Source of the DNA: Nitrospirales bacterium
GTDB taxonomy: Bacteria; Nitrospirota; Nitrospiria; Nitrospirales; UBA8639
Length of the DNA stretch: 64,000 nt
Assembly: GCA_965203295.1 (NCBI GenBank)
Contig: CBDBCZ010000018.1
Coordinates: 672,001-736,000 of the forward strand
Reading direction: 5' to 3'
Position 1 is the stretch's first letter. Every line of letters starts with the position of its first letter. The notes beneath the pieces were generated by a model. That model did not search any database. It had not been told where the DNA came from and was given only the letters and a program-made list of their open reading frames with translations. The translations under genes were made by a program, and so were the position numbers. Below are positions 15,301 to 26,908 of this stretch, in pieces.

Positions 15301-18300
15301 GACCAAAGTTATTTCTATACTTCATTGTTTCCATTTCTATGCTTCGTTATTTTAGAATTTCATTGTGACTATCGTCCTATTTCTCTTTTTTCCATAATTA
15401 GCAAAGTCCTCGAACGCCATGTTTTTAATTATCTCCATAACTTCTGTACTGTAAATCAATTCTTAGTGATTCTCAGTTTGGTTTCCGCCCTGGTCGCTCT
15501 ACAGAATCTGCTCTTCTTTCTGCTACTCATTCCTGGCTATCTTCTCTTGATTCCCACAATTCTGTCTGTGCAATGTTCTTTGACTTGCGTAGAACTTTTG
15601 ATTTCGTTCATCTATCTCTTATGAATACTCTTTCTTCAATTGGCCTCTGTTCTCACCTTATCTCCTGGACACAAAGATTATATGTAATCGTTATCAACAA
15701 GTTGTTCTCAATATCTCTTCTTCGCATGCTTTTTCTGGCGTACTTCAAGGTTCTATATTAGGTCTTCTCCTTTTTATCTTATACATTAAAATAGTTTATC
15801 TGACATTCCGCTTTCTCCTTCCTCTAAGCTCATTCTGTATGCTGATTACATTCTTTATTCCTGTGTCTGCAATTCTCCTTCTGACATTTCTCTTATCCAG
15901 TCTGATGTTAATCGTATCTCTACTTATATTTCTTCTCACTATCTTACTATTGATTCTTCCAAAACTAAATGCATGTTTCTTTCATTTGAGCCCTCATCTT
16001 ATTTTTTCTACCTTCCCCTCCCTATATCTCAATTGTTCTCTGCTTGAACTAGTTTCTTCTTTCAAATACTTAGGTGTTCTAATCTCTTCCAACATTTCTT
16101 GTCTCCTCATATTCCTCATAATTATGTCGTAAATGTAGGCAACTTATAGATATTCTTTATCGTCTCTTCTGTCATCACTCTTGCCCCTCATCTCTTTTCA
16201 AACTTTACTGCACTCTTTATTCGCCCTCACCTTGAATACTGCTCTTCTGTCTGGGACCCCTCCTCTTCTGCTTCTATTTTCAAACTTGAAAATGTTCAAT
16301 TCTTTGCTCTAAAGCTTTCCTCTAAGTACTGGTCTTCTAACTATTCCTCCCGGTGCTTCTGCAACTTTTAACTGCCATCTTCCCTTAAGACTGTGACTTA
16401 GGTTAGGTTCTTTTAAGTCTTAATTTCATTCTAAATTTATTATTACTTGTGTATCATTTAGTATTATGTATTTGCCCTTGGTATTAGCGTTTGCTATTTG
16501 GCATTTTATTGAACTATAAAAAAATGAATAGATAAAATTGTCATACATAGTCAGTCACACATCATCCACACTTTGGATATTGATGGTTAAAGAATGCTCA
16601 TGAAACCTACATTCGAATCTTCATGTCTGTTTGCTTTCATCACAGGATGGTACCACACCACTACTCATTGCCTCTTTTAATGGCCACAGTCAAGTTGCTG
16701 AACTTTTGGTTAGCAAAGGAGCTGATGATAAAGTCTCACTGCAGGTAACATAATTATATTTTTTAGTCCAGTAATTGTTTAGTATGGCTACACATTTGGT
16801 TTTAGTAAATAGGCTAATAAAGAACAAAAGTTTGGTTTTCGTTTAGTTAGCCAACTAAAATCTAAGCACTTTTTGTATTGGTTAACCATACCTAAAATGG
16901 GTTGATTTTGGTGAAGACTGTAAGTTATAATTTTTCGTTAACTTAGTCTGTTTTATCAAAAATACTTTTCATTTTTAGGTACAGTTCTTAAAACTGCACT
17001 ATTTTTGACTCCAGCAAAGAGCGACTTCATATAATTACTGTTAGGTGAAAGGAGAAGTAAACTGTAAGCTTTAGATCTGCATATTGATTAGTTGATGAAA
17101 ATTCATTTTGAGTAGAGCCCTTACATAAAACCATTAATTTTGCATAATTATCCATCTGAGTGAGGGATAGTGGATCATATTGTGTGTGCTATTCACATGC
17201 AGAATGGATGGACACCTCTCCTTTATGCTGCTAAGCGTGGACATGAGAGTGTTGCTGAAGTGCTTCTGAAAGCAGAAGCCAGTGTGGACACTCCAGACAA
17301 AGTAAATTATTTGCTATAAATTGATACTGTTTATATACCGTAGACTTGGGTGATTAAGCGCATGTGCTTATAAGTCTGAACGGCAAGGAAGTATGCGCTT
17401 AACAAAAGGTGTGCGCTTATAAATAGCAATTTCTAGCCCAGTAGTCCCGCCCACTTTTTGCAACTTGTGCTATGGCTAGCTAGCTATCATGGGAAGGGGG
17501 AAGACACGATCCTGATTCACGAAAGCATCATTTGAGGGCACCACACGTACAAAATTGTCTTCGTGTTTAACGATTGGGCGTCTGAATTGTTGTCATGATA
17601 GTGGTTGACAACATTCAGATTGAACTCTCTTGCATAGCTTTTCCTCGTAGCCTTTCCCAATCCGTTCGAGGGAAGGATAAAAGCACCAGCAGCAGTAGCC
17701 ATTGTGAGAATCTCCAGTGAAACACTCGGTAATACTTAGCACGTCGTAATCTCGACCTCGTGCTGAGAGAGCCCAAAGTTCAAGTTTAATCGGGCGCACG
17801 CATGCGCTTAATAGCGAGTAGCAAAAATTGGGAAGGAAGCATGCACTTATAAAAAGTTGTGCGCTAATAAAAAAGGTGCGCTTAAATTTTTTCATGCCTG
17901 AATGCTAACTTAGCTTTTTAATTACACTTTAGTTTGTTTAGAAACATCTTACAGACCCTCCAGGATTGCACATCCTCATCATACAGTAATGTATCCATTC
18001 AAGCAGTCCTAACTATTTTACACAACATAGTTACATACCCCCATGCTATCACATCCAGACTGAAAACTAGAATACGTTTTTATTTCACTAACATAACCAG
18101 TGGCAGTGAACCAGACTCCCATGCTACATTGGCTTGCTATCACTGCAGGACCAGATGACTGCCCTCATGATTGCAACCAAGGCTGGGCATTCTAGGGTTG
18201 TTGCTACACTGCTCCGTTATGGAGCAAACCTGAACATCACAAACAGAGTAAGTGAGATTAAGGTGAACACTAGTCAGATACTCTTACCACTGAGCTACCA

Positions 18301-18593
18301 GAGCACTAGACAAGCTATATAGCCAGTAATCCTACTATAGTAGCACTTGCCAGCCAGCCAATTCCAACTGTAATTACTCCCCCCTCCCCCATCTCCAAAG
18401 GGGCAGTAGACAAGCCACTAAACCCGCTAGTACCACTTGTCAATAGGACCCAGCCAATTCCACATGCTTTAATTTATTGCTACAGTCATGTATAATATTA
18501 TATTGCCTTCAGGCTGGGCTGACAGCACTGGATATTGCAAGCACAGCTGGACAAGCAGAAGTGTGTCAAGTGCTTCTCAACCACTCTAGCTGA
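399..18593 (+). CDS. Multi-exon ankyrin repeat / CARD-like / DED-TRADD-N-like / ankyrin array protein (5' end lies upstream of the window)
   Basis: AG/GT-bounded, phase-compatible exons: 399-497 (NGWTPLICAAKEGYKDVVKILLVAGANPDIQDK), 1159-1257, 1602-1694, 2000-2048, 2597-2908, 3593-4443, 5012-5101, array exons 9269-9367, 9903-10001, 12221-12319, 13001-13099, 14372-14470, 14921-15019, 16646-16744, then 17203-17301, 18149-18247 and 18513-18593 (AGLTALDIASTAGQAEVCQVLLNHSS*). TPLxxAxxxGHxxVxxLL ankyrin consensus throughout. Confidence 0.85.
849..1076. mobile_element. Intronic MITE-like element
   Basis: Imperfect terminal inverted repeats ggcagtcctgtgtagaa / ttctacattggactgcc. Confidence 0.55.
2597..2908 (+). 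CDS. CARD-like death-fold exon (phase 1-1) of the ankyrin gene
   Basis: LRNNWSYLYKHLDTSLILQPLLNGGIITEDLRKQVQS...QNVVLMKSFL resembles the CARD pattern (L..N...L...L....IL..L...GIIT); bounded by ccag/ and /gtaaac. Confidence 0.65.
3593..4443 (+). CDS. Large exon with a helical DED-like plus TRADD-N-like module (same family as exon 44746-45480)
   Basis: Open for about 283 codons. YWNCVSTDLLQLLVEESG, LVVCWEISREL and LLAEQGITGLAVSDEIKY align by eye with IWSYLNSSLLGHLVGVYG, IVTTWLVPPSL and FLRHHSVLELTIGESTVY in the kinase gene. The domain names are inference. Confidence 0.7.
5601..7363 (+). mobile_element. Decayed hAT-like DNA transposon in an intron
   Basis: Termini tagtgct / agcacta, approximate 8-bp TSD (gttgtgtg / tttgtgtc), and a degenerate hAT C-terminal dimerisation motif (PLESWK...LAGL...SPERELF) near 6930-7070. 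Confidence 0.6.
7924..8021 (+). pseudogene. Frameshifted ankyrin cassette exon (98 nt)
   Basis: Splice sites intact, but gttgcgaac replaces consensus gttgctgaac (1-nt deletion). Confidence 0.8.
8777..8874 (+). pseudogene. Decayed ankyrin cassette exon
   Basis: Acceptor mutated (tcatcatgg instead of tcatcacag), 1-nt deletion (gccctgag) and a scrambled 3' end. Confidence 0.85.
10930..11625. repeat. Dispersed repeat with an internal inverted copy of about 75 bp
   Basis: About 11055-11130 is the reverse complement of about 11550-11625; related reverse-strand copies at about 19740-19875 and 50580-50650. Confidence 0.65.
13723..14244. mobile_element. TA-flanked MITE with CCGTA termini (Tc1/mariner/pogo type)
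   Basis: taccgtaaagtatgtatcaagcaccc versus gggcgcttgatacgtattctacgggta, an imperfect TIR of about 26 bp; it interrupts the array intron. Confidence 0.75.
15356..16525 (+). mobile_element. 5'-truncated, decayed non-LTR retrotransposon (LINE) reverse-transcriptase fragment
   Basis: DYRPISLFSIISKVLERHV, QFGFRPGRST, FFDLRRTFD, LYAD and FKYLGV motifs across frameshifts; A-rich 3' end near 16520. Confidence 0.9.
17336..17890 (-). mobile_element. pogo-like DNA transposon relic
   Basis: Terminus taccgtagacttgg with subterminal gtgcgctta repeats; minus-strand RKSYAREFNLNVVNHY resembles the Brinker-type DNA-binding domain of pogo transposases. A related end (ccgagtctacggta) lies at about 49700-49768. 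Confidence 0.65.
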
Positions 18594-20146
18594 TGCTGTG
18601 CTAGAATGGTAACTTTTGAATATAATCTATGCATACTTGTATGAGTTCAAAATTTACTATTTTTTGTAGTGCCTAAACTATTGTTACCATTGTGTATCCT
18701 TCTCATGCGGAAACGTGTTATATAGCTGCTTAAAAAACTATCCTTTTATGTACATAACAGGACTGTCACAGCAACCAAATTTTGTACATCTACAACATAC
18801 GTCATGCATGCTCATATCATGTTACTGGCTACGTGACAATGTAACATGTATGTTAAATATACAGCTGCGTTGAGTTTGCTATTGTTACATATAATACTGG
18901 TTTATTGTTGCAGAGCGAGGGAGTTCAAGAATTCCTTACATCAGTGATGTGTCTGTAATGGTAACCCTTTAACTGCTGTATTTCCACTTGTTTATGAATT
19001 TATATGGCATTTTTATATTAGGTGTTTTCATATAAAGTATACGAAAGTACATGTTTTTTTTTTATGTCACAGTGTCTGTGACACACGCAGCCTAAGGGGT
19101 AATACCCTAGCCCTAATATTTTTACATTCTTGTACCAAGAATGCGGAAAACAATGTTCTGTATTCACACATGTAATGTGTTTACAGAGTGGAAACTTAAA
19201 CAGCAATCCTCTTGTTAATATGTACAGTGAAAACGGAATCTCATGGCTAAGAGATTTACAGTGTGCAAATATAATATGGATGTAACTTCTGGAGGTTGTC
19301 TACGCCTAAGCTTTGATTTTTGCCTATAATTTGAGACTATAGCTGTTTAGTGCAGTCACATGTGATGTAGCAGTGATTATTCAAGTTGCCAATTTCGAGT
19401 TGGTGTAATACAGTCACTAATTGCTCAAGTTGCATTGATTTCGTAGTGTCAAATATTACAGAAGGTGTGTTGGGTATATCAATTGCTTGTTGCCAATGTT
19501 CTGCCAATGAGGGGTAATGAATTGCCACAGTGTGATATTTTATTCCAAGAGATTGAACAAATCACTTGGCAAACAAATTATTTTCCAAATTACGTAACAG
19601 ATCCCCGAGGAATTCTTTGGCAAGAAAGTAAATCCTAGTACTTTGGCTATGATTTGCAGGCAAATTATGAATTGTTTTGCAAGGTGATATAGTATCATCA
19701 CACTGCCAAGTTTGTAGGGATGGTAGCTATGCCTTGCGTTGTGATGTGTGGGTAGTATGTGCATGCATTGCGGTGTGCATGGCCGCTTGTTTTTCTTTTG
19801 GAGGGGGGGAAACTATTTTGGTGATAGTGCATCCCACATGACTAGTTTTTGCACTTTTTGGCAAAGGGCTTTTTCTAATAATATACACAAGTTGCTGCCG
19901 TAGCGCTTATGCCATCGACCACGCAGCCACATACGCAGGCGGAGTTTGAAAGTTCTCCAGTCAGAGGACAAGAGCAAGAGCAATCAGATATCTCACCATT
20001 ACCATCCTGATCGCCATATAATTTATTCTTCCTAGTATCCCAGATTAATAAAATAGAACTCTTAACTAGCCTTAATAAAGCCTTCTGTAACTTTTTATAG
20101 GAACATTGGTTGTCCTTATTGTCCTATTTTTTTAAATTGCGTGTCC

Positions 20147-20285
20147 TTCACATGAAAACTCCAGATTGCATGCAAGTATCTGGAGTTTTAATGTGAAAGA
20201 CTTTTGTTAGTGCAGTCACAGACAGTGTTCTGAGCCACTCATCCTGAGTGGCTCAGAACACTGTCTGTGACTGCACTAACAAAAG
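20147..20285. repeat. Two adjacent hairpins (20-bp arms with 1 mismatch; 41-bp perfect arms with a 3-nt loop)
   Basis: 20147-20166 / 20178-20197 and 20201-20241 / 20245-20285 are reverse complements. Confidence 0.95.
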
Positions 20286-20444
20286 CCAAGCAGTTATAGC
20301 CGTGGAGATACACCTGGTGCTTCATCTTCCTGGCTCGACACTGACATTGAAGACTACCCTAAGCTATTTACATGTTTAGCCTACATAGACATATACCCTC
20401 AGTGTAAAGTTAATGCTAGTACTTTTCAAAGTACTAGCGTTAAC

Positions 20445-20854
<410 letters not shown>

Positions 20855-21137
20855 AGGCCATTCATAATTTCTTCACATCCCTCACTTGCTTCTCACTCCC
20901 TCTCTCTCTTGGAAGGTGCAGATATGTGCATGCATGGTAGGAAGTGTGATGCAGGTGGAAGATGGGAGGGTGTGTGGATGAGAAGTGAAGAGAAAGGAGT
21001 GTGAGAGGTGAAGGGCAAGAGTGTGTATGGGGACACTAAGTTGTGGCCAACTACAGATGTCATCAATCTTCTCCTTTCAGATTAACTTCAGAAACTGTGT
21101 CACTGGTGTTCCTATAACCCCTGCTCTGTCCTGGCAG

Positions 21138-21774
21138 TACCAACAGCTGTTCAGGAAAACAGTGACCAAGCTGTTTGCAGACCAGGAAATCAAGAAACGG
21201 CAGCTGGAGGAATGGGATCAGAGTAAAAGGTATGTCACCTTCTCCCAGGCTCTTCGATGGTGGCGAATATTTTTTATGCATCTAGCCAAGTCGAGAAATA
21301 TATTTCACTTAAAATTTACCAAACGTAAGTTCTTCCAAGACTGCTATAGTAATACATGTACAGTGTTGTCGACCTTTCCTCATATTAGTCTTTTTCTAGG
21401 CAGTTGACTAAGTAATCTTGTCCCCAGACCTTCTTCTGGTAGCCTCGTACCCAGGCCTTTCCTCACAGCTTTTTTCACAGTTGTGGCTGCGAAAAAAAAA
21501 TGCTGCGAGGGAAGGCCTGGGTGCGAGGTTAGTCTTCTGGCACTAGTCAGTGACTAGTGACTAAATTGATATTCAGTCACCTCCTACAAAGCAATTTAGT
21601 CGTTTTCTAAATTGCTCTTTCTCCCTCCCTTCCTCCATCCCTGTCTCTCACTTTCTCTCTCTCTATCTCCCTCTTCCTCCCTCTCTCCCTCTCACTTCCC
21701 AGGAAGTGCCAGAGAGAGCGGGAGGAAGCGGAGGAGAATAAGGCCAAAACGAGGAAGAAGTGGAAGATTGGGAG
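21138..21774 (+). pseudogene. DNAJC8 (SPF31)-like C-terminal exon relic
   Basis: Exons 21138-21229 and 21703-21774 give YQQLFRKTVTKLFADQEIKKRQLEEWDQSKRKCQREREEAEENKAK, which resembles the DNAJC8 segment KQTMKLFAELEIKRKEREAKEMHERKRQREEE as recalled. No J-domain exons seen. Confidence 0.6.
21440..21531. mobile_element. Short palindromic MITE with 9-bp TSD
   Basis: tagcctcgtacccaggcc...ggcctgggtgcgaggtta; TSD ttcttctgg / gtcttctgg. Confidence 0.8.
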
Positions 21775-22379
21775 GTGTGTGCTTATGTGTGTGCAAGTGT
21801 TTTCATGCAATTACTACAGAGGCAAGATGGTACATGTATGTCATGTAATTTGTGTGATGTGTGTGTGTGACTTGCAGGAATGGAATTGCTGGATATCTCA
21901 TTGCCTCAACATTTGTGTCAAGGATCACTGCCTGCACAAAATATGCCGGAGCTGTGTACTGAACTCCTGCTGTGTGAAGTATTACAACACCCCCGTCCAC
22001 ACACACACGCATACACAGGAATCAAGCCACCCTAGTTGAAGCAGAAGAAGTGGACCTGATCAGGTCCCTGAGATTGCCACTCCAGCTGACAGCTAATGAG
22101 ATCTCCTTAGGTATATATGACAGCTGCTGCTATGTGCAGAGTTTTCAAACTCTCTTTCTTTCTCACTTCCTCTTGCCCTGTTTCTCAAAGCAATGTATTG
22201 TATCCACAATGTGCTAAGTTCTTCTAACACTCAATATCTCATGGTCACCAGGAATTGATTTGTTGTGCATACCACAAAACTGGGATCTTGCAGACTGGAG
22301 AACGTTTTCTGATTGGTGATTTTATATACAGCCATTGTATGTGTGCATGAGGTTTGAAAGTGAATACATAGAATGAGTC

Positions 22380-22833
22380 TAGGCCTTGACAAAATTTGCT
22401 TTCAGAGTTTTGAGCAAAATAGGCAACCAAAAAAAATAAGCTCTTCTGCTAGCAAAATGGGCTATCATTTACCCAACACAGCAAAATAGGATGAAATTTT
22501 TTTGTGAATATTTCTACTGAGCAATAATAATGAACTTCCTGCACTTCCAGAGTGCAGCTAAATATAGTACTGCGCAATAAAAAGTTAACGTACTGTCCTT
22601 ACTGTCCGCACCATGCCATGAGCACACCAGGAGCGTACCAGAGGCTTTCAGTAAGCTTACATTTTATTGCGTTTAACATTCATTGTTTCCTTTGGCAACT
22701 TCATAGTAATGTTGAATTTTTGCTTAAAGTAAGAAGCAAAATGGGTACGATAAAAAAGCAAAATGGGTACAAATATTGAGCACAAAAGAAAGGGAAAATA
22801 GGCAGGAAAAGAAACAAATTTTGTCAAGGCCTA
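22380..22833. mobile_element. hAT-type MITE
   Basis: TIR taggccttgacaaaattt / aaattttgtcaaggccta; 8-bp TSD aatgagtc / aatgagac. Confidence 0.85.
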
Positions 22834-22858
22834 AATGAGACAAAATTAATCGGTTTTG

Positions 22859-25800
22859 TTAAGTTACCAGAAATGGGGGTTTAGGATCTAAGAAATCATG
22901 CATAACTAGTGTTCCATCATGAGAACCACTAATAACCTGAAAATTATCACATTGTACAGCCGTGACCCAGCCAGTGTGTTCCTGCAGGGAAAACAAAGAC
23001 AAACAGATCAGTGATGGTACTCAAGCACACGCTAAATCACTTCATACATCACTAGTACATAATTATATGTGACACGTGATCATTCTAGACTTCATAAAAA
23101 TAACTATATTGTTTAGCTATGCACGCCCTAAGTGTATCTATCTGTTGACATGGCCAAAGGCTTGAGCCTGATTCTGCTACCGCCACTCTTTCTGCTATGC
23201 GAAAACATCACTGACATAAAAATTGTGAACAAAAATATTGTATCACTCTTCCATCCTTTTTTAGAACAACACCCTCAAGTCACCCTACCTTCAGTGTTGT
23301 GATACAGAGGGTATCACTGGATGAAGGAGCGTCCAGTGCTGCTGCCAGGTCCCAGACTTTTATTGTTCTACACAGAGAAGATGGGACGGATACAACCACT
23401 ACTGAAGACATGAGTACAAAAGCTGCATATAAATTGGTATTTGGGAATACTGCAGCACCCCCAATATTTCAGAACTAGCTGCAGTTATCAAAAGACTTAT
23501 AATGCTGCATTGAAAGGCAGCCTAGCAATTCTTTTCACAAGTTTATTGTAGTAAGGGGTGGAGTCATATCTAAAACGTTACTGTGATCATGTGGCTTGCA
23601 GTTGCAGTTTTCTGCCTTCTGCTGCGGCTGCAGCCAAGAAAAAACTTCAAATACATGTACAAGTCTTCAAATGCAGGAAAATGCTACCATAGCAAATCCA
23701 GATGGCTGAAATGATGTAACCTAAAGTATACCCTGATTGTAGCCTTTACAGCCTCTGTGAAGGTTTGTCTAAAAGAAAACAACCAAATCGTCTGCGATCC
23801 TGGATTGGTAAATGGTACATGATTATTACTACTCACCCGTCATAACTTCCACTCAGTATTCTCTTGTTGTCTGCAGCAACACAGCTATGGGATGGAATGG
23901 GGTTTGATCATAATCCTGCCATGCAAAAAATCTAGTGCGCACGTAGTCTCGTTCCCAGGCTCTTTTCGTATTGCAAGTGACAAAAGCTGTGCAGAGGCCT
24001 GGGAATGAGGCTAGTGCGCACATATTATAGCAACAAAGATAAATGGAATGTGGTTGTCAGGTCCAGTTTGAGCATGCATAGGTTTCACTTACAAGACGAG
24101 ATTAGCATGTCCATGTAGCTCTCGTACACATTCTCTGATACCAATGTTCCATATTCTGTTGCAGATGAGAAAAAGTATTCGAAAAACAGTCATACACAGC
24201 TAAGTATAACCACACCCCATGCCACACCGCTCAGAATGTGTGCCTTGGAAGTAAAGCCTATGAATGAGGGGATGCATTATATAAACACTAAAACAGTCTT
24301 TACAGCAATGCCATCTGTCACATATATACAGCTACAGCCACGGAATGTACTGGGTTTCCTAACCCAATACACTCCAGCATAAACGCAATGACTTGTATCT
24401 AGCTAATACGTGTAGTACCATTGATAATGTACTCACACTGGACTAATAATGACTCCGTCATTACACCAACTCTTCCCAACATAAGTTTTAGCTTCAAGGT
24501 TTATCTTTGCTCCCTGTGCTCAAACATGCGAAAGGATTCTTTTACGTGGCCTGGGAATGAGGCTACTCGAACGTTAAGAGATAACGTCTGGGGGAGGCCT
24601 GGACACATTGCTATTCATTGCAAGAGTAGGCATGTACACTACACAGTGCAAGTAGAAGTAGAGGACAATACTGTCTACTGTAGAGAGAGTATAGTCGCGA
24701 AATGGATATCATCGTACCTCAATGTCCTGTCATCAGAACCACTGATGAGGTGGCTTCCTTGTAACTGGAGACAGCGTACCCACTGGCTGTGTCCATGGAG
24801 GGTTCGAACCAACTCTCCAGTGAAGGTATCCCACACCTAATGCAGTGTACCAGACAACATCGTAGTGATTATAAGATGCACTACAAGTCTAAATACAAGT
24901 GTTGGCTTTTGCATTCGTACCATCAATAATAAAGTCTGCTTAAGTGCACGTTGTAGCTATAACCAAACTTATCAGCATCATCATGAAAACTTCATAGTCA
25001 TTTTACCTTACTGGAGGGTAGATGGATCTGTGAATACAGTTGCTAAACTGAGAATAGAATTATTTGTTGTGGCTGCACAAAAAATATTTGGCACCATAAT
25101 TCTGAATTCTTAAAAATGATAGTTATTCATGAATGTAGATTTCATAAGTGAACCATAATCAAAAAGCCTGGGGACATGGAACCAATAATTGAAGTATCTT
25201 ACACGTCAACTACCTTAATATCCTCTCTTAATCAACAGTCAGGAAGGTTTCGGCATGATTTGATCCCTCTAATAATTAACACACACTCTTGTCTGAAGGT
25301 CACTACATTGTGGGATGCCAGTCTTCATTAACAAACTCTACCCTCATTACACCCCACTGTATGTTTACTGGCTACGACTGAACACTTGCTGGGTAACCAA
25401 ACCAAACACCACATTAGCATTAAACGTGGTGAAGAACTAGTCTATTTGACATGGAAGAACGCTACACTTGTAGCTGACTACGCAAGCCTGCATTCAGCCA
25501 CAGGAATCTCGTGATCGGCAACAACTAGTGCCCTGAAAGCAACCAGCTGCTCATGATTGGCCTAGTTCCTTCAAAGATGCATCAACTGCCACCTCTACTG
25601 CCAGTGGGAAATTACATCACATTACCTAGCATGTTCCATTTCAGTGAAATTATAAATTACAATACATTGCTGTTTTTCCTGTTGTATGTAATTACAGCAC
25701 ATGTGACTGTACCTTGATTGTCTTGTCTGCAGATCCAGAGATGATGGTGGTCTCACTCATGTCCACTGCAAACACCTGGTTCTCATGTCCCTTAAGAGTC

Positions 25801-26378
25801 ATCCTCAGTGTGATGTTAGTGGGTGACTTCATATTCCAGACTGCCACTGTTCCATCCTGTGGCACAAGCACACACATGCACACCAGTAATGACAATAATG
25901 TGTGCAGATTCTTGTAGAGTGTGTGTGGGTAGATACTACATCCCAACTTGAGAATGAGCTTGACTGCCTTAGAACATCAGAAACATAAAGCATTAATCAG
26001 GGATTTGAATAGAATGTGAGAAAGAGTGATCAGCGACACCAGGGACAGATGACACATATACACAAGAGAGTGTATACAATAACATGAAACGACTATTCAG
26101 TGAAAATAATGATCCACCTAAGCTCCCATACTAATTTTAGGAGAACCATAAGAGTATGACATCACTTTTCTAATCCATGCTCTGTTGAATCAGTGCTAAC
26201 CAAATCCAATGGCCTCTGTAATACAGTGGTAACACTTCAAAATGCAGCTGTGACAGTTCTGCACCCACTCACATAAGAACCCGTAACTAAAGTGTCCGTT
26301 GTAAACTTCAGTGATCTCACTGCTTCCTTGTGGTGGAGTAGGACATTTATCACATGGCCGGTCTGGATATCCCATACC
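22859..26378 (-). CDS. beta-TrCP/FBXW11-like WD40 protein (end of WD2 through WD7); F-box and first repeats not found
   Basis: Exons 26378-26273, 25856-25713, 24836-24718, 24155-24093, 23884-23837, 23367-23289 and 22981-22859 splice in frame. Diagnostic motifs include SPTNITLRMTLKGH, DNKRILSGSYDG, KVWDLAAALD...TLCITTLKEH and GSHDGTLVMHDFL. Confidence 0.85.
23944..24013. mobile_element. Short palindromic MITE with 9-bp TSD
   Basis: tagtctcgttcccaggc...gcctgggaatgaggcta; TSD gtgcgcacg / gtgcgcaca. Confidence 0.85.
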
Positions 26379-26908
26379 CTGCAGGGAGGATGCAGACACT
26401 TGTGCAGTGCTATGCCTGTCCCCATGCAGGCTTTGTATTGTCCTAAACCTATATATAAATATAATTATGAACAATACACACGCACACACTATGCTAATAC
26501 CATGTCAACAAAATCCACACACAAAGCACATACAGTACATATACACTCTGGAAACAAGTACAGATTCAGTACACTACGTCAAAAGGATTGATTACTTGGT
26601 ACTTTGATGCTAGCATGACTCACAAAAATAGCACTCATGGATGCTAATCAGCCGTACACTACTGTATAGTGCCAATTTTTCGAGGTGCATAATTTTTCCA
26701 GAATTACCATGACTCGCTTTATATTTGCCCCCCCCCCCAACCTCCAAGCATACAGCATGACAGTACGCGCTCCTACTATAACTGTCTTAGTACCTTTGAG
26801 CTTTAGTAGTAGAGGAGAGTGAACTGGCAGTATTTAGGGTCAGACGGCACAACAAACGCCCACCACAAACGCCTTCTACACAATTAACGTCCATGTGCCT
26901 GCCCCACC

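Larger units (their letters stand above)
7924..16744 (+). repeat. Tandem array of nine exon+intron units, each with one 33-codon ankyrin exon
   Basis: Shared core ggccacagtcaagttgctgaactactactcagcaaaggagctgatgtcaacctccca, shared acceptor tgctttcatcacag in most units, and homologous intron blocks between units. Confidence 0.95.

Noticed and set aside
15356..16525. Reverse transcriptase inside the variable ankyrin array as a DGR-like diversifier
   Set aside because: It is a frameshifted, 5'-truncated LINE fragment, and cassette variation is not adenine-specific.
21878..22111. Exon-like segments after the DNAJC8 relic
   Set aside because: Splice-like boundaries but no recognisable homology.
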